Assembly: GCA_965208575.1 (NCBI GenBank)
Contig: CBDBOV010000002.1
Location: 1-64,000, forward strand
Direction of reading: 5' to 3'
Source: Spirochaetia bacterium
Lineage (GTDB): Bacteria > Spirochaetota > Spirochaetia > SZUA-6 > Bin103
Length of the DNA stretch: 64,000 nt
The notes beneath the pieces were generated by a model. It was not told where the DNA came from. It saw only the letters and a list, made by a program, of their open reading frames with translations, and did not search any database. Position numbers and translations under genes: made by a program. Positions 33,945 to 44,128 of this stretch are shown piece by piece. The stretch's first letter is position 1. Every line of letters begins with the position of its first letter.

Positions 33945-35219
33945 CTACTGCAGGAACAGCTCGATTACCGGGACCGGGGTGTCCGGCTGCAACACCGGCA
34001 GTTCCAGCACCACGGTGTCCGCGGGGGTGCCCTCCATCCGCTGATGGTGCTCGCTGATCGCTTGCATGCGCACCTCGGAGGCGTCGTTCAGGAGTTGCGC
34101 GTATGCCACCTTGCCGGCGTAGCCGGGCAGGTGCAGGTGGCGGAACGGCCACGCGAACAGGTGCACGTACAACCGTTTCCGGTCCGGATGGAAGGTGAGC
34201 CTGCAGTCGGCCGGCTGGGCGAACCCGGCCGGCGCCGCGGTGCAGCCGTATATCGATCGGCTGTGCAGGCGCATCCACTCGCCGATCCCCTGCAGGCGGT
34301 CGAGCGCGCGGCGATCGAACTCGCCGCGCCCGGTCGGGCCGACGTTGAGCAACAGGTTGCCGCCCTTGCTGACCGTGTCCACCAGCATGCGCACCAACTG
34401 GCCGACACTCTTCCAGGATGCTTCGTCGCGGTGATATCCCCAGGAGCCGGAGAAGGTCTGACACGCCTCCCACACCACCGGCTGGCCGTCGACGGTGATC
34501 CAGCGTTGCGGCTGCCACTGCTCCGGGGTGCGGATGTCCCAGCCGTCGTCCAGGTCGAGGCGGTCGTTGAGCACCACGTGCGGCTGCAACTCCCGGATCA
34601 TCCGGTACAGGCGCGGGCTGTCCCAGTCGTCGCGGCCCTTGCCGCGGTCCGGGTAGCTGAAGTCGCACCACAGTACATCGACGCGGCCGAAACCGGTCAG
34701 CAACTCCCGTACCTGGCCGTGCAGGTACTCGATGTACTTGCCCTGGTCGCGCTGCTCGTTCAGTTCTGCCCGCCGCGGATGGTTGCGCAGGGCGTGCACG
34801 TCGTCGATCCGGAACGAGGGATGGTGCCAGTCGATGATCGAGTGGTAGAAGCCGACGCGCAGGCCGCGGGCGCGGAACGCATCCACCATCGGCCGGACCA
34901 GGTCGCGTCCGGCGGGCGCGTTGGTGGCCTTGTAGTCGGTCAGCGCGCTGTCCCACAGGCAGAAGCCGTCATGGTGCTTGGTGGTCGCCACGAAGTACTT
35001 CATGCCGGCGCCGGCGGCAGCCTCGGCCCAGCGATCCGGGTCGTACAGGTCGGGATCGAAATAGTCCAGGTAGCGTTCGTAGTCGCGGACCGGGATCTCC
35101 TCCTTCTGCATCACCCACTCGTGGCGCGCCGGCAGGGCATACAATCCCCAGTGAACGAACAGGCCGAAGCGGTCGTGTACGAACCAGCCGGTGTCGCCCG
35201 GACTCTGTCTGACTTCCAT
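33945..35219 (-). CDS. Alpha-L-fucosidase (GH29)
   Basis: FGLFVHWG, TTKHHDGF, LWCDFS, GGNLLLNVGP. Confidence 0.94.
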   Translation of the reverse strand: MEVRQSPGDTGWFVHDRFGLFVHWGLYALPARHEWVMQKEEIPVRDYERYLDYFDPDLYDPDRWAEAAAGAGMKYFVATTKHHDGFCLWDSALTDYKATNAPAGRDLVRPMVDAFRARGLRVGFYHSIIDWHHPSFRIDDVHALRNHPRRAELNEQRDQGKYIEYLHGQVRELLTGFGRVDVLWCDFSYPDRGKGRDDWDSPRLYRMIRELQPHVVLNDRLDLDDGWDIRTPEQWQPQRWITVDGQPVVWEACQTFSGSWGYHRDEASWKSVGQLVRMLVDTVSKGGNLLLNVGPTGRGEFDRRALDRLQGIGEWMRLHSRSIYGCTAAPAGFAQPADCRLTFHPDRKRLYVHLFAWPFRHLHLPGYAGKVAYAQLLNDASEVRMQAISEHHQRMEGTPADTVVLELPVLQPDTPVPVIELFLQ

Positions 35220-35247
35220 CTCCCGCGCTCCCCCCGGTGCCCGCCGC

Positions 35248-36042
35248 CTACTCGTAGACGATGGTGTAGTCGAGCGGCTCGTCGAGCACCAGCACGCGGA
35301 TCAGGGGAATGGTGATGAGCAGGCTGCCGTCCTCCTGCAGTTCGCCGCCGTCGTGCTCCAGGATTACGCCGTCCACTTCGACGCGCACCGTCACCACCGA
35401 GTCCTCGATGGCCGGGGGGCCGTCGTCGCCGAGCACGAACCCCATCATTTCCAGGTATTCGGCGTCGGTCACCTCCAGGTCCTGCTGCGGGCCGAGGCTG
35501 ACCAGCAGCGGGTGATCGAGGATCGGAAACAGGGCGGTGAGTGCGCGGTAGTTGTCGCGGGCGAGATGTACCCGCAGCGTGTTCGGGTCGCCGCCGGAGA
35601 AGGCAATGAGCGGGCGGCTCGCGGGTCCCGGCACCGGCGCGTTGGAGGCCAGCATCGCCTTCAGGTCCTCGAACGAGAGGTTCAACTCCAACTCCTCGGG
35701 AGTGGGGGTAGCGATGTGGGATATGGTTACTCCGCGCCGTTCGCCGACGGAACGCTCCACCTCCTCGGTGTCGAACACCGATTCCGGCACCATCTCGGAG
35801 TCGCCGGCCGCCTCGGACAGCGTATCGAGATAGTCGACGAACACCGGTTCCAGCTTGACGTGGATCTGCGCGTCGCCGGAGCGGTCGACGCGCAGCGTGA
35901 GCTGCTGATTCACCGTGCAGCCCGCCGACGCCAGCAGCAGCGCCAGGAGCGCCAGGAGCGCGGCCGCGGCCGCCGCCAGGCGGGCGATCCGCCCCTGCCG
36001 GCCAACCGGCGTGGCCGCCGGATCGATGCACCGCCCGCTCAT
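35248..36042 (-). CDS. Putative lipoprotein
   Basis: Hydrophobic signal ending LLASAGC; acidic mature domain; overlaps the stop of the upstream gene. Confidence 0.75.
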   Translation of the reverse strand: MSGRCIDPAATPVGRQGRIARLAAAAAALLALLALLLASAGCTVNQQLTLRVDRSGDAQIHVKLEPVFVDYLDTLSEAAGDSEMVPESVFDTEEVERSVGERRGVTISHIATPTPEELELNLSFEDLKAMLASNAPVPGPASRPLIAFSGGDPNTLRVHLARDNYRALTALFPILDHPLLVSLGPQQDLEVTDAEYLEMMGFVLGDDGPPAIEDSVVTVRVEVDGVILEHDGGELQEDGSLLITIPLIRVLVLDEPLDYTIVYE

Positions 36043-37406
36043 ACGGCGGACAACTCTTGCAGGATAAGACAATACGCCTCCTGTGCGCGCCCGAAGCTGG
36101 CCAGACGGAAGAACTCGTCCGGGCCGTGCGCGCCCTCGTCGTCGAGTGCGAAGGAGAAGCCGATGGTGTGGATGCCCAGTTCCTCCTGCAGCAAGCCGCA
36201 CACCGGAATGCTGCCGCCGGAGCCGGTGTGCAGCGGCGGCGTTCCGTACAGTTTCTCCAGCACCCGGGCGGCGGCCCGGTTGCCGGGATGGTCGGCCGGT
36301 ACCGAGTACGGCGCGCCGTGCACATCGCTTGCAGCGCAGCTTACCCGCACTCCGGCGGGGGCGCGGCGCGTCAGGTGGCCGGCGACCAGGTCCAGGACGC
36401 GCGCCGGCTGCTGGCCGGCGACCAGCCGGCAGGTGATCTTGGCGTGCGCCGAGGCCGGCAGCACGGTCTTGGTGCCGTCGCCCTGAAAGCCGCCCCACAG
36501 GCCGTTCACCTCCAGCGTGGGCCGGATCCACTCGCGCTCGTAGGTGCTCCAGCCCGCCTCGCCGTACAGGGCGGGCACGCCGGTGCTGGCCAGGTACGCG
36601 GGCTCGTCGAACGGCACGCGGGCGTACTGGCGGCGCTGCCGGGGGGTGGGCTCCACCACGTCGTCGTAGAACCCGTCCACGGCGACGCGTCCGTCGGCAT
36701 CGTGCAGGCCCGCGATCAGCTCGGCCAGTGCATGCAGCGGGTTGTGGATAGTGCCGCCGTAGATGCCGGAGTGCAGGTCGGACGCAGGGCCGCTGATGTC
36801 CACCTGCAGGGCGCAAATCCCGCGCAGCGACAACAGCAGCGTGGGCACGGTCTCGCTCCACTGGCTGCCGTCGGCGGACAGGGCAAAGTCGCAGGCCAGC
36901 AGGTCGCGTTGGGAACGCACGAACCCGGCCAGTTGCGGGCTGCCGATCTCCTCCTGCCCCTCGAGCAGGAACTTGACGTTGACCGGCAGGGCGCCGCCGG
37001 TGCGCAGCAGCGCCTCCACGGCGACGATCGGCGCAAGCATGTTGCCCTTGTCGTCGGAGGCGCCGCGCGCGTAGATGCGGTCGTCCGCCAGGCGCGGCTC
37101 GAACGGCGGGTGGCTCCAGCCGTCTTCGAACGTCGCCGGCTGTACGTCGAAGTGGCCGTAGATGAGCACGGTGGGGGCGCCGGGGGCGTGCAGCCAGTCG
37201 CCGTACACCACCGGGTGGCCGCCGGTGGGCAGCGTCTGAACGTGCTCCATGCCGGCTGCCACCAGGCGCGCATGCACCCAGTCGCCGGCGGCGGCCACGT
37301 CGTCCGCATGCGCCGGCAGGGCGCTGACGCTCGGAATGCGAATGAAGGCGAGCAACTCGTCCACTACGCGTTGCTGATGCTCGCGGAGATAGCTTTTCCA
37401 GTCCAT
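36039..37406 (-). CDS. M20 family dipeptidase
   Basis: YGHFDVQP, RGASDDKG, EGQEEIGS, DLHSG, AHGPDE. Confidence 0.94.
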   Translation of the reverse strand: MDWKSYLREHQQRVVDELLAFIRIPSVSALPAHADDVAAAGDWVHARLVAAGMEHVQTLPTGGHPVVYGDWLHAPGAPTVLIYGHFDVQPATFEDGWSHPPFEPRLADDRIYARGASDDKGNMLAPIVAVEALLRTGGALPVNVKFLLEGQEEIGSPQLAGFVRSQRDLLACDFALSADGSQWSETVPTLLLSLRGICALQVDISGPASDLHSGIYGGTIHNPLHALAELIAGLHDADGRVAVDGFYDDVVEPTPRQRRQYARVPFDEPAYLASTGVPALYGEAGWSTYEREWIRPTLEVNGLWGGFQGDGTKTVLPASAHAKITCRLVAGQQPARVLDLVAGHLTRRAPAGVRVSCAASDVHGAPYSVPADHPGNRAAARVLEKLYGTPPLHTGSGGSIPVCGLLQEELGIHTIGFSFALDDEGAHGPDEFFRLASFGRAQEAYCLILQELSAV

Positions 37407-37502
37407 TTGATCTTTGAATCGGCAGGTTGCGCCATACGGTACACTACCAGGCGAGTACCGCTCAATCGCCGGGCGGTGCGCGCACAAAGGAGCGGCAAGT
37501 AG

Positions 37503-39284
37503 ATGAAACTGCGGGAAACCTGGGATCTGGAGGGGATCTTCGCCGGCGGCTCGGCGTCGCCGGCGTTCGCCGACTTTCTGGCCCGCCTGGAGAAGGGCAT
37601 CGAGACGCTGGCGGGGCAGGTGGACGCGCTCGGCGGCGACACCGAAGCGTGGACCGAGGCGGTGAACGGCTGGCAGCGGTGCGCCGCGGAGCTGGGCGAG
37701 GCATACAGCTTCGTGGAGTGCCTGGCGGCGGCGGATACCGGCGACGCTGTGGCCACCGCGCTCGGCGGCCGGCTGGACGCGGTGGAAGCGCGGCTGAAGG
37801 CGATCGAGGTGGAAATCGACCGGCGCCTGCTGGCGCTGTCCGACGAGGCCTGGCGGCGCCTGCTGGGGCAGGAGGAGCTGGCGCCGGTGGCATTCTTTCT
37901 GAACCGGCAGCGCGCCATGGCACGCCACAAGATGGACCCGCGGCGCGAGACGCTGGCCGAGACGCTGGCGGTCGACGGCTACCACGCCTGGGGGCGGATG
38001 TACGACAAGCTGGCGGGCTCGCTGCGCGCCTCGGTGAGCGAGGACGATGGCCAGGTGGAGTTGTCGATGGGGCAGCTCGTGCACCGGCTGGAGGACGCCG
38101 ACGGCGCCGTGCGCGCCGCCGCGTTGCGCCACCTGGAGGAGGCGTGGCGCGGCGTGCAGGATCTTGCCGCGATGGCCCTGAACAGCCAGGCGGGATTCCG
38201 GCAGAGCCTGTACGCGGGGCGCGGCTGGCAGTCGATCCTGTGGGAGCCGCTGCACCTGAACCGCCTGCAGCCCGACACCCTGCAGGCGATGTGGAGCGCC
38301 ATCGCCGCCCGCAGCGCGGCGCTGCTGCCCTACCTGGAGGCGAAGGCGCGGCTGCTGAAGATCGACCGCATGCGCTGGGCGGACCTGGTCGCCCCGGCGG
38401 CGAAGAGCGAGCGCCGCCTCGCTTACGCGGATGCCGCCGACTACATCGTGCAGCGGTTCGCCGCGTTCGGCGGCGAGTTGGGCGACTTCGCCCGCCATGC
38501 CTTTTCGCGGCACTGGATCGAGGTGGAGGACCGGCCCGGCAAGGCGGCCGGTGGCTTCTGCACCGACCTGCCGCTGAGCAAACAGACGCGCATCTTCATG
38601 ACCTACGGCGGCACGTTCGGCGGGGCGAGCACGCTGGCCCACGAGCTCGGCCACGCCTACCACGCCTGGCTGCTGCGCGAGCGCCCCTACTTCGCCACCC
38701 ACTACCCGATGGCGCTGGCCGAAACGGCGAGCACGTTCTGCGAGACGCTGATCATGGACGCGGCGCTCGACGCCGCCGACGGCGAGCAGAAACTGGCGCT
38801 GCTCGGCAACATTGGCGATGAGGCGGTGATGATGCTGATGAACCTGCGCAGCCGCTTCCTGTTCGAAACCGCCTTCTTCGAACGCCGCGCCGGCGGCCCG
38901 CTGACCGCGGACGAGCTGAGCGCGCTGATGGTGGAGGCGCAGCGCGAGGCGTACTGCGGCGGGCTGGCCGAGGACGGCTACCATCCGCTGTTCTGGGCCT
39001 CGAAACTGCACTTCTACCTCACGTCGATGCCGTTCTACAACTTCCCCTACGTGTTCGGATACCTGTTCAGCAACGGCCTGTCCGCGCTCGCCCGCCGCGA
39101 GGGACCCGCCTTCGCCGAGGCCTACGCGCGGCTGCTGCAAGACACCGGCTCCATGACCTGCGAGGAGCTGGCAAAGCGCCACCTGGGCGAGGATTTGACC
39201 GGCGCCGCCTTCTGGGAGCGCGCCGTGGACCGGGTGCTGGAAGTAGTCCCCCGCTTCACCCGCGCCGCCGCCCGCTCCGGTTAG
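37503..39284 (+). CDS. M3 family oligoendopeptidase (PepF-like)
   Basis: TLAHELGHAYH, LAETAS, FYNFPY. Confidence 0.94.
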   Translation: MKLRETWDLEGIFAGGSASPAFADFLARLEKGIETLAGQVDALGGDTEAWTEAVNGWQRCAAELGEAYSFVECLAAADTGDAVATALGGRLDAVEARLKAIEVEIDRRLLALSDEAWRRLLGQEELAPVAFFLNRQRAMARHKMDPRRETLAETLAVDGYHAWGRMYDKLAGSLRASVSEDDGQVELSMGQLVHRLEDADGAVRAAALRHLEEAWRGVQDLAAMALNSQAGFRQSLYAGRGWQSILWEPLHLNRLQPDTLQAMWSAIAARSAALLPYLEAKARLLKIDRMRWADLVAPAAKSERRLAYADAADYIVQRFAAFGGELGDFARHAFSRHWIEVEDRPGKAAGGFCTDLPLSKQTRIFMTYGGTFGGASTLAHELGHAYHAWLLRERPYFATHYPMALAETASTFCETLIMDAALDAADGEQKLALLGNIGDEAVMMLMNLRSRFLFETAFFERRAGGPLTADELSALMVEAQREAYCGGLAEDGYHPLFWASKLHFYLTSMPFYNFPYVFGYLFSNGLSALARREGPAFAEAYARLLQDTGSMTCEELAKRHLGEDLTGAAFWERAVDRVLEVVPRFTRAAARSG

Positions 39285-39299
39285 CGGGGACAAGTGTCG

Positions 39300-39789
39300 G
39301 AAACGGCAAGGCACCGCTGCAACTGGAAGACATCCGGCAGATGCATCGTCTGATGACCCGCCACTCCGACGAGACAGACAATGTACCCGGTCGATTTCGC
39401 CGTCACCGCGTGAGCTTGGCGGCATCAACAACTTCATCAAGACCAAGCTGAACCGGCTGGTGTACCGCGACACCATGTTGAAGGCATACAACCGCAGAGC
39501 GGGCAAGCGCCGACGGGTACTCAACGACCGGGAGTACCGGCTGCTGACCTTTCTGCTCGACGAAACCGAACCGGAAGATCCCTTCGCCGAGAGACCGTCG
39601 AAGCAGGTCTCATTTGCCGACCTGCTGGCGTCGCCCTACGTTCGATCGGCGTACCGTTCGGTCACGCCGCGCACGTTCCGCCGCGAGTTGGTCCGCCTCG
39701 CCGACCTGGGGTTCATCCTGTTCACCGTCCCGGAAGGGACCGATCATCCGATCATCGAGCTCAGCCTCGCTGCCATCGGCAGGTACTGA
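39300..39789 (+). pseudogene. Fic-family gene remnant (5' end and catalytic core missing)
   Basis: Fragment LEDIRQMHRLMTRHSDETDNVPGRFR joined to a C-terminal HTH-like segment; no HPFxxGNGR motif. Confidence 0.55.
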
Positions 39790-40146
39790 CCCGCTGCAGC
39801 CGTCAACCAGGCAGGCTGTGATCACCGCGAAGCGCTCGAAGCGCTCTGAATTGGGAGACAAGACAGGGCAACCGTGCGACACTGCCGACGTGCGTCTGTT
39901 CGCTGACGTTGTCGGTGCGGTCGATCCCGGCACGACTCATCCCGCCGTCACCCCGCCGGACCATTGATCAACCGGAGTCCGCATTGATCCGAATCCCACT
40001 CGGCGTGTTGCCACGACCGCCCCGTGTCCGGCGCCGGGCCCCGACCGGCCCTCTTCCCCGGAGCGATATTGTTCTCGAGGCCGCCTTTTGCATTGCGGCC
40101 GCACGCGCAGGACCCGGCGCGTGGGTTGCCGGCGGGGGGGCGAGCG

Positions 40147-42954
40147 ATGCGCGATAAACGACGCGCCAAGCACCGCGGGAAGAAGCGCTCCCCGCGGCGT
40201 CGCCCGCCGCCCGAGGTCCTGTTGGAGCAGGCCCGCCGCAGCCTTGCCGACGGCAACCCCCGCAAGGCGCTCGAACTGCTGCGGCACGTACCGGACGAGT
40301 ATGGCGATCCGGGAGAGGTGCCCCTGTGGCGGTTCTACGCCTGCGTCGAACGGGCGCGGCAGTTGACCGACAGGGGATTGGCCAAGGAAGCCGCCGCCAT
40401 GCGCGACCGCGCCGAGCAGTACCGTGCGGCGATTGCGGTTCAAGAACTGCCGCAGCCAGACCTGCTTCGCTATCTGCGCTGCCTTGACGGGGGCGAGGCA
40501 GTGTCGACGTATGCCGAGTATCTCGCCTGCCGGCCGCCGCTGGCCGCGGCCGAACGGGTGCTGGCGGACCGGCTGGTGATCGACCGATGCTGGCAGCCGC
40601 TGCAGCGCTTCGCGGCCGACCACTCGCTGCGGCGCGACGCGGAGCCGGTGCAGCGCAGCCTCGACGCAATGGACCGCGGTGAGTGGAGACGCGCGGCGGA
40701 TCTGCTGGAACGCGTACCGCGGCGGTCGCCGTTCGCGCCGTGGCGGACGTTGTGCAAGGCGATGATGAGCCATGCGGCAGAAGACGCTCGCGGCCTTGCG
40801 CGCGCCGCCGCCCTGCTGCCGGAGGACTTCCCGCTGGCCGGCACGGTTGCCGAGCTCAAGCGCTGCGCCGGCGGCGGCGAACAGGCGGGGCCGGCCGCGG
40901 TCCGGCGCGCGCTCGGCACCGACGGCGCGCTGGTGGAGGCGGCCGCCGGCAGGCTGCGCGGGGCGCTGCGCCGCGGCGTCGAGCACCAGGTCGAGCGGTA
41001 TCTGGTCGACCTCGCCGATACCGTCTGCCCCGAGAACTCCCTGCCAGTGCGGATCGACCTGCTGATGATCGCGGCACGGGCAATGCTGGAGAGCCCCTTG
41101 TCCGTTTCCGGCTTCTTCAGCGTCGTCGAACGGACCGTGGAGGAACAGTACGTCGAAAGCGTGATTTCGCAGGCCAACCTGCTGCTCCAGCAAACCGACC
41201 CCGACGAGCTGTGGGACGCCGGCGCCGCGGTGGCCTACCTCGACGATCTCGCCATGCGGTTTCCGTGCCCGGCCGACCAGGCGCTGGCCCGCGGCAGTGT
41301 GCTGGAGTCGCTGGCGCGCAGCGGCGTCGCGGCGGGGGTCCACGTGCACGGTCTCGACGCGGACGACGTGGAATACGTCACCACCCTGCTCGGCGGCCCT
41401 CCCCGACACCCCGACCTGGTGCCGGTCGACCTGCTGATGGCCGGCCTGGCTGCCGACCCGCAATCCACCACCGGCTTTCAATTCCTGCTCGACCTGCTGC
41501 GCCGATACCCGACCGCCGACGCCCGGCTGCGCGGCGTCCTGCACGAGCTGGCGGACCGCTACCCCGACGCCCACGACCCGTGGTTGGAGCTGGCGAGGCT
41601 GCACTATGCCCGCAATGCCTATCGGCGGGCCGAGGATGCGCTCGGCGAGGCGCTCCGGCGCGCCCCCTACGACGACCGCATCCTCGACCTGCAGGCGATC
41701 GGCTTTCTCAAGTCCGCCGACCAGAGCCGCAGACGCGGCCGGCTCGCGCTTGCGGCGCGGGACTTGGCGCGTGCCGCCGAGCTGCGGCGTCCGCGACTGG
41801 AGCCGATACTACGGGTCAAGCGCCTGCTGTTCGACCTGGTCGAGGCAGGCGCCGATTTCGAGGAGGTAGTCGCTCCCCACCTGGAGGCGCTGGCGCCGGC
41901 GGCGCGGCTCAGGACGCTGGCGGTGGCGATCCATGATCTGCACGAGGTCCGTAGCGTCAGGGACGTCGACGTGCGGAGTGCCTCCGCGTTGCACGAGGCA
42001 CTGGCCCGTGCGGCCGGCTCCATCGCACGGCTTGACCCCGATGAAGTGCTGGAGCTGGTGACCGACCTGCCGGCCGACTGCCGCATCCTGTACGGGAGTC
42101 TGCGGGTCGCCGGGGTTCTGACCGAGTGGTGGCCGGCGATGCTGGCGCGCCTCGACGGCGACCGCCTGACCGCGTGCTTCGACATACTGCTTGCCTGCGG
42201 CGGGCGCAAGACGGTGCGCTCCGAGCTGGAGCGCCGTCTGCGCGGCGGCCGCGCCGCCGATCACGCCGCACTGCTGGCGTTCTACCTGGCGGTGATCCGC
42301 TACGAGGAACGGGAGGACTACGGCGCGGCGCGCTTTCTCGACCTCATCGAGCGCGCCGATGCCGCCGGGCGGCGCCGATTGCGGGAGGCGGCGAAGCGCC
42401 TCGCCCCGGTGGTGGGCGAGCCGTTGCGGCAGGCGTTGCAGCGGTTCGACTTCGAGTCGCTGGAGCGTATGATTCCCTCGTTCGAACGCCTGCGGGAGAT
42501 GGTCGAAGACCTGGGAGGACCAGGGGTTCTGGATCAGGTTCTCGGGGAGCAGCGAGATGCGGAGGCCGCGGTTGATGCCGGACCGGCCGAGCCGGAGGAG
42601 GAGGTGGAGCCGGAGCCGTCGGTTCGCGATTTCCAGGCGGCGCTCGCCAAGGCGGCGCGCAATGGACGGTTGGACCGGACCGGGCAGGGGCTGCTGTTCG
42701 AGGAGGAGGAGACCCTGACCATACTGGATCGCCTGGAAGTGATGATCGGCGGCGCCGGACTGCGCGGCGCGGGGTCGGAGGTCATGACGGAGGCGGCACA
42801 AACCGTGCGTGCCGATAGGGAGATCGGGTGGATACTCGATGATCTGGCCGCCTGGTGTACGGACAATGATCGGCGTGACGAGCTGTCGCAGGAGCTGGAT
42901 GCCTTGCTGTACACGAGTCAGAACCCCGGCCACGCCGCCAAGGAGCAATGTTGA
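40147..42954 (+). CDS. Large all-helical TPR-like protein
   Basis: 935 aa; basic N-terminal tail; TPR-like segments such as PWLELARLHYARNAYRRAEDALGEALRRAP; first gene of a coupled operon. Confidence 0.8.
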   Translation: MRDKRRAKHRGKKRSPRRRPPPEVLLEQARRSLADGNPRKALELLRHVPDEYGDPGEVPLWRFYACVERARQLTDRGLAKEAAAMRDRAEQYRAAIAVQELPQPDLLRYLRCLDGGEAVSTYAEYLACRPPLAAAERVLADRLVIDRCWQPLQRFAADHSLRRDAEPVQRSLDAMDRGEWRRAADLLERVPRRSPFAPWRTLCKAMMSHAAEDARGLARAAALLPEDFPLAGTVAELKRCAGGGEQAGPAAVRRALGTDGALVEAAAGRLRGALRRGVEHQVERYLVDLADTVCPENSLPVRIDLLMIAARAMLESPLSVSGFFSVVERTVEEQYVESVISQANLLLQQTDPDELWDAGAAVAYLDDLAMRFPCPADQALARGSVLESLARSGVAAGVHVHGLDADDVEYVTTLLGGPPRHPDLVPVDLLMAGLAADPQSTTGFQFLLDLLRRYPTADARLRGVLHELADRYPDAHDPWLELARLHYARNAYRRAEDALGEALRRAPYDDRILDLQAIGFLKSADQSRRRGRLALAARDLARAAELRRPRLEPILRVKRLLFDLVEAGADFEEVVAPHLEALAPAARLRTLAVAIHDLHEVRSVRDVDVRSASALHEALARAAGSIARLDPDEVLELVTDLPADCRILYGSLRVAGVLTEWWPAMLARLDGDRLTACFDILLACGGRKTVRSELERRLRGGRAADHAALLAFYLAVIRYEEREDYGAARFLDLIERADAAGRRRLREAAKRLAPVVGEPLRQALQRFDFESLERMIPSFERLREMVEDLGGPGVLDQVLGEQRDAEAAVDAGPAEPEEEVEPEPSVRDFQAALAKAARNGRLDRTGQGLLFEEEETLTILDRLEVMIGGAGLRGAGSEVMTEAAQTVRADREIGWILDDLAAWCTDNDRRDELSQELDALLYTSQNPGHAAKEQC

Positions 42955-43256
42955 TGTTGGCCCACTACCTGACCCTGGGTCTCGCGCCGAACGCCAGCCA
43001 GGCGGAGATACGGCGGCGCTACCTGGACCTGGTCCGCAGCCATCCGCCGAGCCGCGATCCGGAGCGCTTCGGGCGGATCGCCGCCGCCTACGAAGCGCTG
43101 CAGGATGACCGCTCGCGCGTGCGGACCGCCATCTTCGGGATCGCGGCGTACAGCGATTGGGAGCTGGCGCTGGACGCGCTGGTACGGGCGCGCACCGGCG
43201 CGCGCAAGGCGCCCGGCCTGCAGGCACTGCTGGCGGCGGAAGGACGGTCGCAATGA
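42954..43256 (+). CDS. Small J-domain-like protein (HPP instead of HPD)
   Basis: YLTLGL..NAS.AEIRRRYL.LVRSHPPSRDPERF..I..AYEAL; alternative start 42948. Confidence 0.85.
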   Translation: MLAHYLTLGLAPNASQAEIRRRYLDLVRSHPPSRDPERFGRIAAAYEALQDDRSRVRTAIFGIAAYSDWELALDALVRARTGARKAPGLQALLAAEGRSQ

Positions 43257-44128
43257 AGGCTTCTCGGACCGGCCCCGGGGGGAGCGAGCCGGTGGAGCTC
43301 GGCCCGGCCTGGATGAACCGCGCACGATCGAGAGGCGCGCCGGTCGACGCGGCGGCAGCGGAACCGGGCAACGCCGGCGCGGCCCACGACCAGGGTGGCG
43401 GCGACTGGAAGCAGCAGGCGCTGGCGGAGTTCCGGCAATGGCTGGACGAGTTGCCCGCCGCCCCCGCCGCGGCGCCGGCGGCGGAGCGGGAACAGGGCAC
43501 GGAAACCGCGTCCTGCGACCTGCGCGCCCTGTTCGCGGAGCTCGCCGCGCTCCGGCAGGAGGTGCGACTGCAGAATCGGGAGCAGTCGCGGGCGAGGCGG
43601 GAGCTGGCCGACGCCGCCGCCCGCGTCGGCGAGTCCGGTCGCCCGGCGGAGACTCGCGACCGGGACCTGGCGGCGTTCGAGGAGCGCTGCTCGCGGGCGG
43701 CCGAGAACCGCTGCCTGCTGCCGGTGCTCGACGTGCGTGACGCCCTGGTGCGCGGCCGCGACGCCGCGGTGCGCCTGCGGAAGGCGGGCGGCAAGGGCGA
43801 CAAGGGCGGCAAGGGGCGGCGTCGGGGCGCGCGCAAGCGGCTGCGCCTCATGCGGCGGGGGATCGCCGGGGTGATCGAAGGCTACGAGCTGGCGGTCAGG
43901 CGCTGTGACCGCATGCTGGCGCGATTCGGCGTGCGCGGGGTGCCCGCGGAGGGCGCCCGGTTCGATGCCCGCACCATGCACGCCGTGGACACGCGCCGGG
44001 TCAAGCAGCAGGCGGAGGGGATCGTGGTAGAGGAATACGTCAGTGGATTCGTACGTGACGGCGCGGTGCTGCGCCTCGCGGAAGTGGCGGTAAACCGCCG
44101 CTCGTCCGCGGAGAAGGGAGCGGATTGA
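43253..44128 (+). CDS. GrpE-like nucleotide exchange factor
   Basis: Coiled coil, then [12 protein letters not shown]...[14 protein letters not shown]; ATGA overlap. Confidence 0.85.
   Translation: MKASRTGPGGSEPVELGPAWMNRARSRGAPVDAAAAEPGNAGAAHDQGGGDWKQQALAEFRQWLDELPAAPAAAPAAEREQGTETASCDLRALFAELAALRQEVRLQNREQSRARRELADAAARVGESGRPAETRDRDLAAFEERCSRAAENRCLLPVLDVRDALVRGRDAAVRLRKAGGKGDKGGKGRRRGARKRLRLMRRGIAGVIEGYELAVRRCDRMLARFGVRGVPAEGARFDARTMHAVDTRRVKQQAEGIVVEEYVSGFVRDGAVLRLAEVAVNRRSSAEKGAD

Noticed and set aside
36039-39524. Apparent 1161-aa dipeptidase fusion
   Set aside because: The extension is antisense to the M3 peptidase; the real start is 37406.
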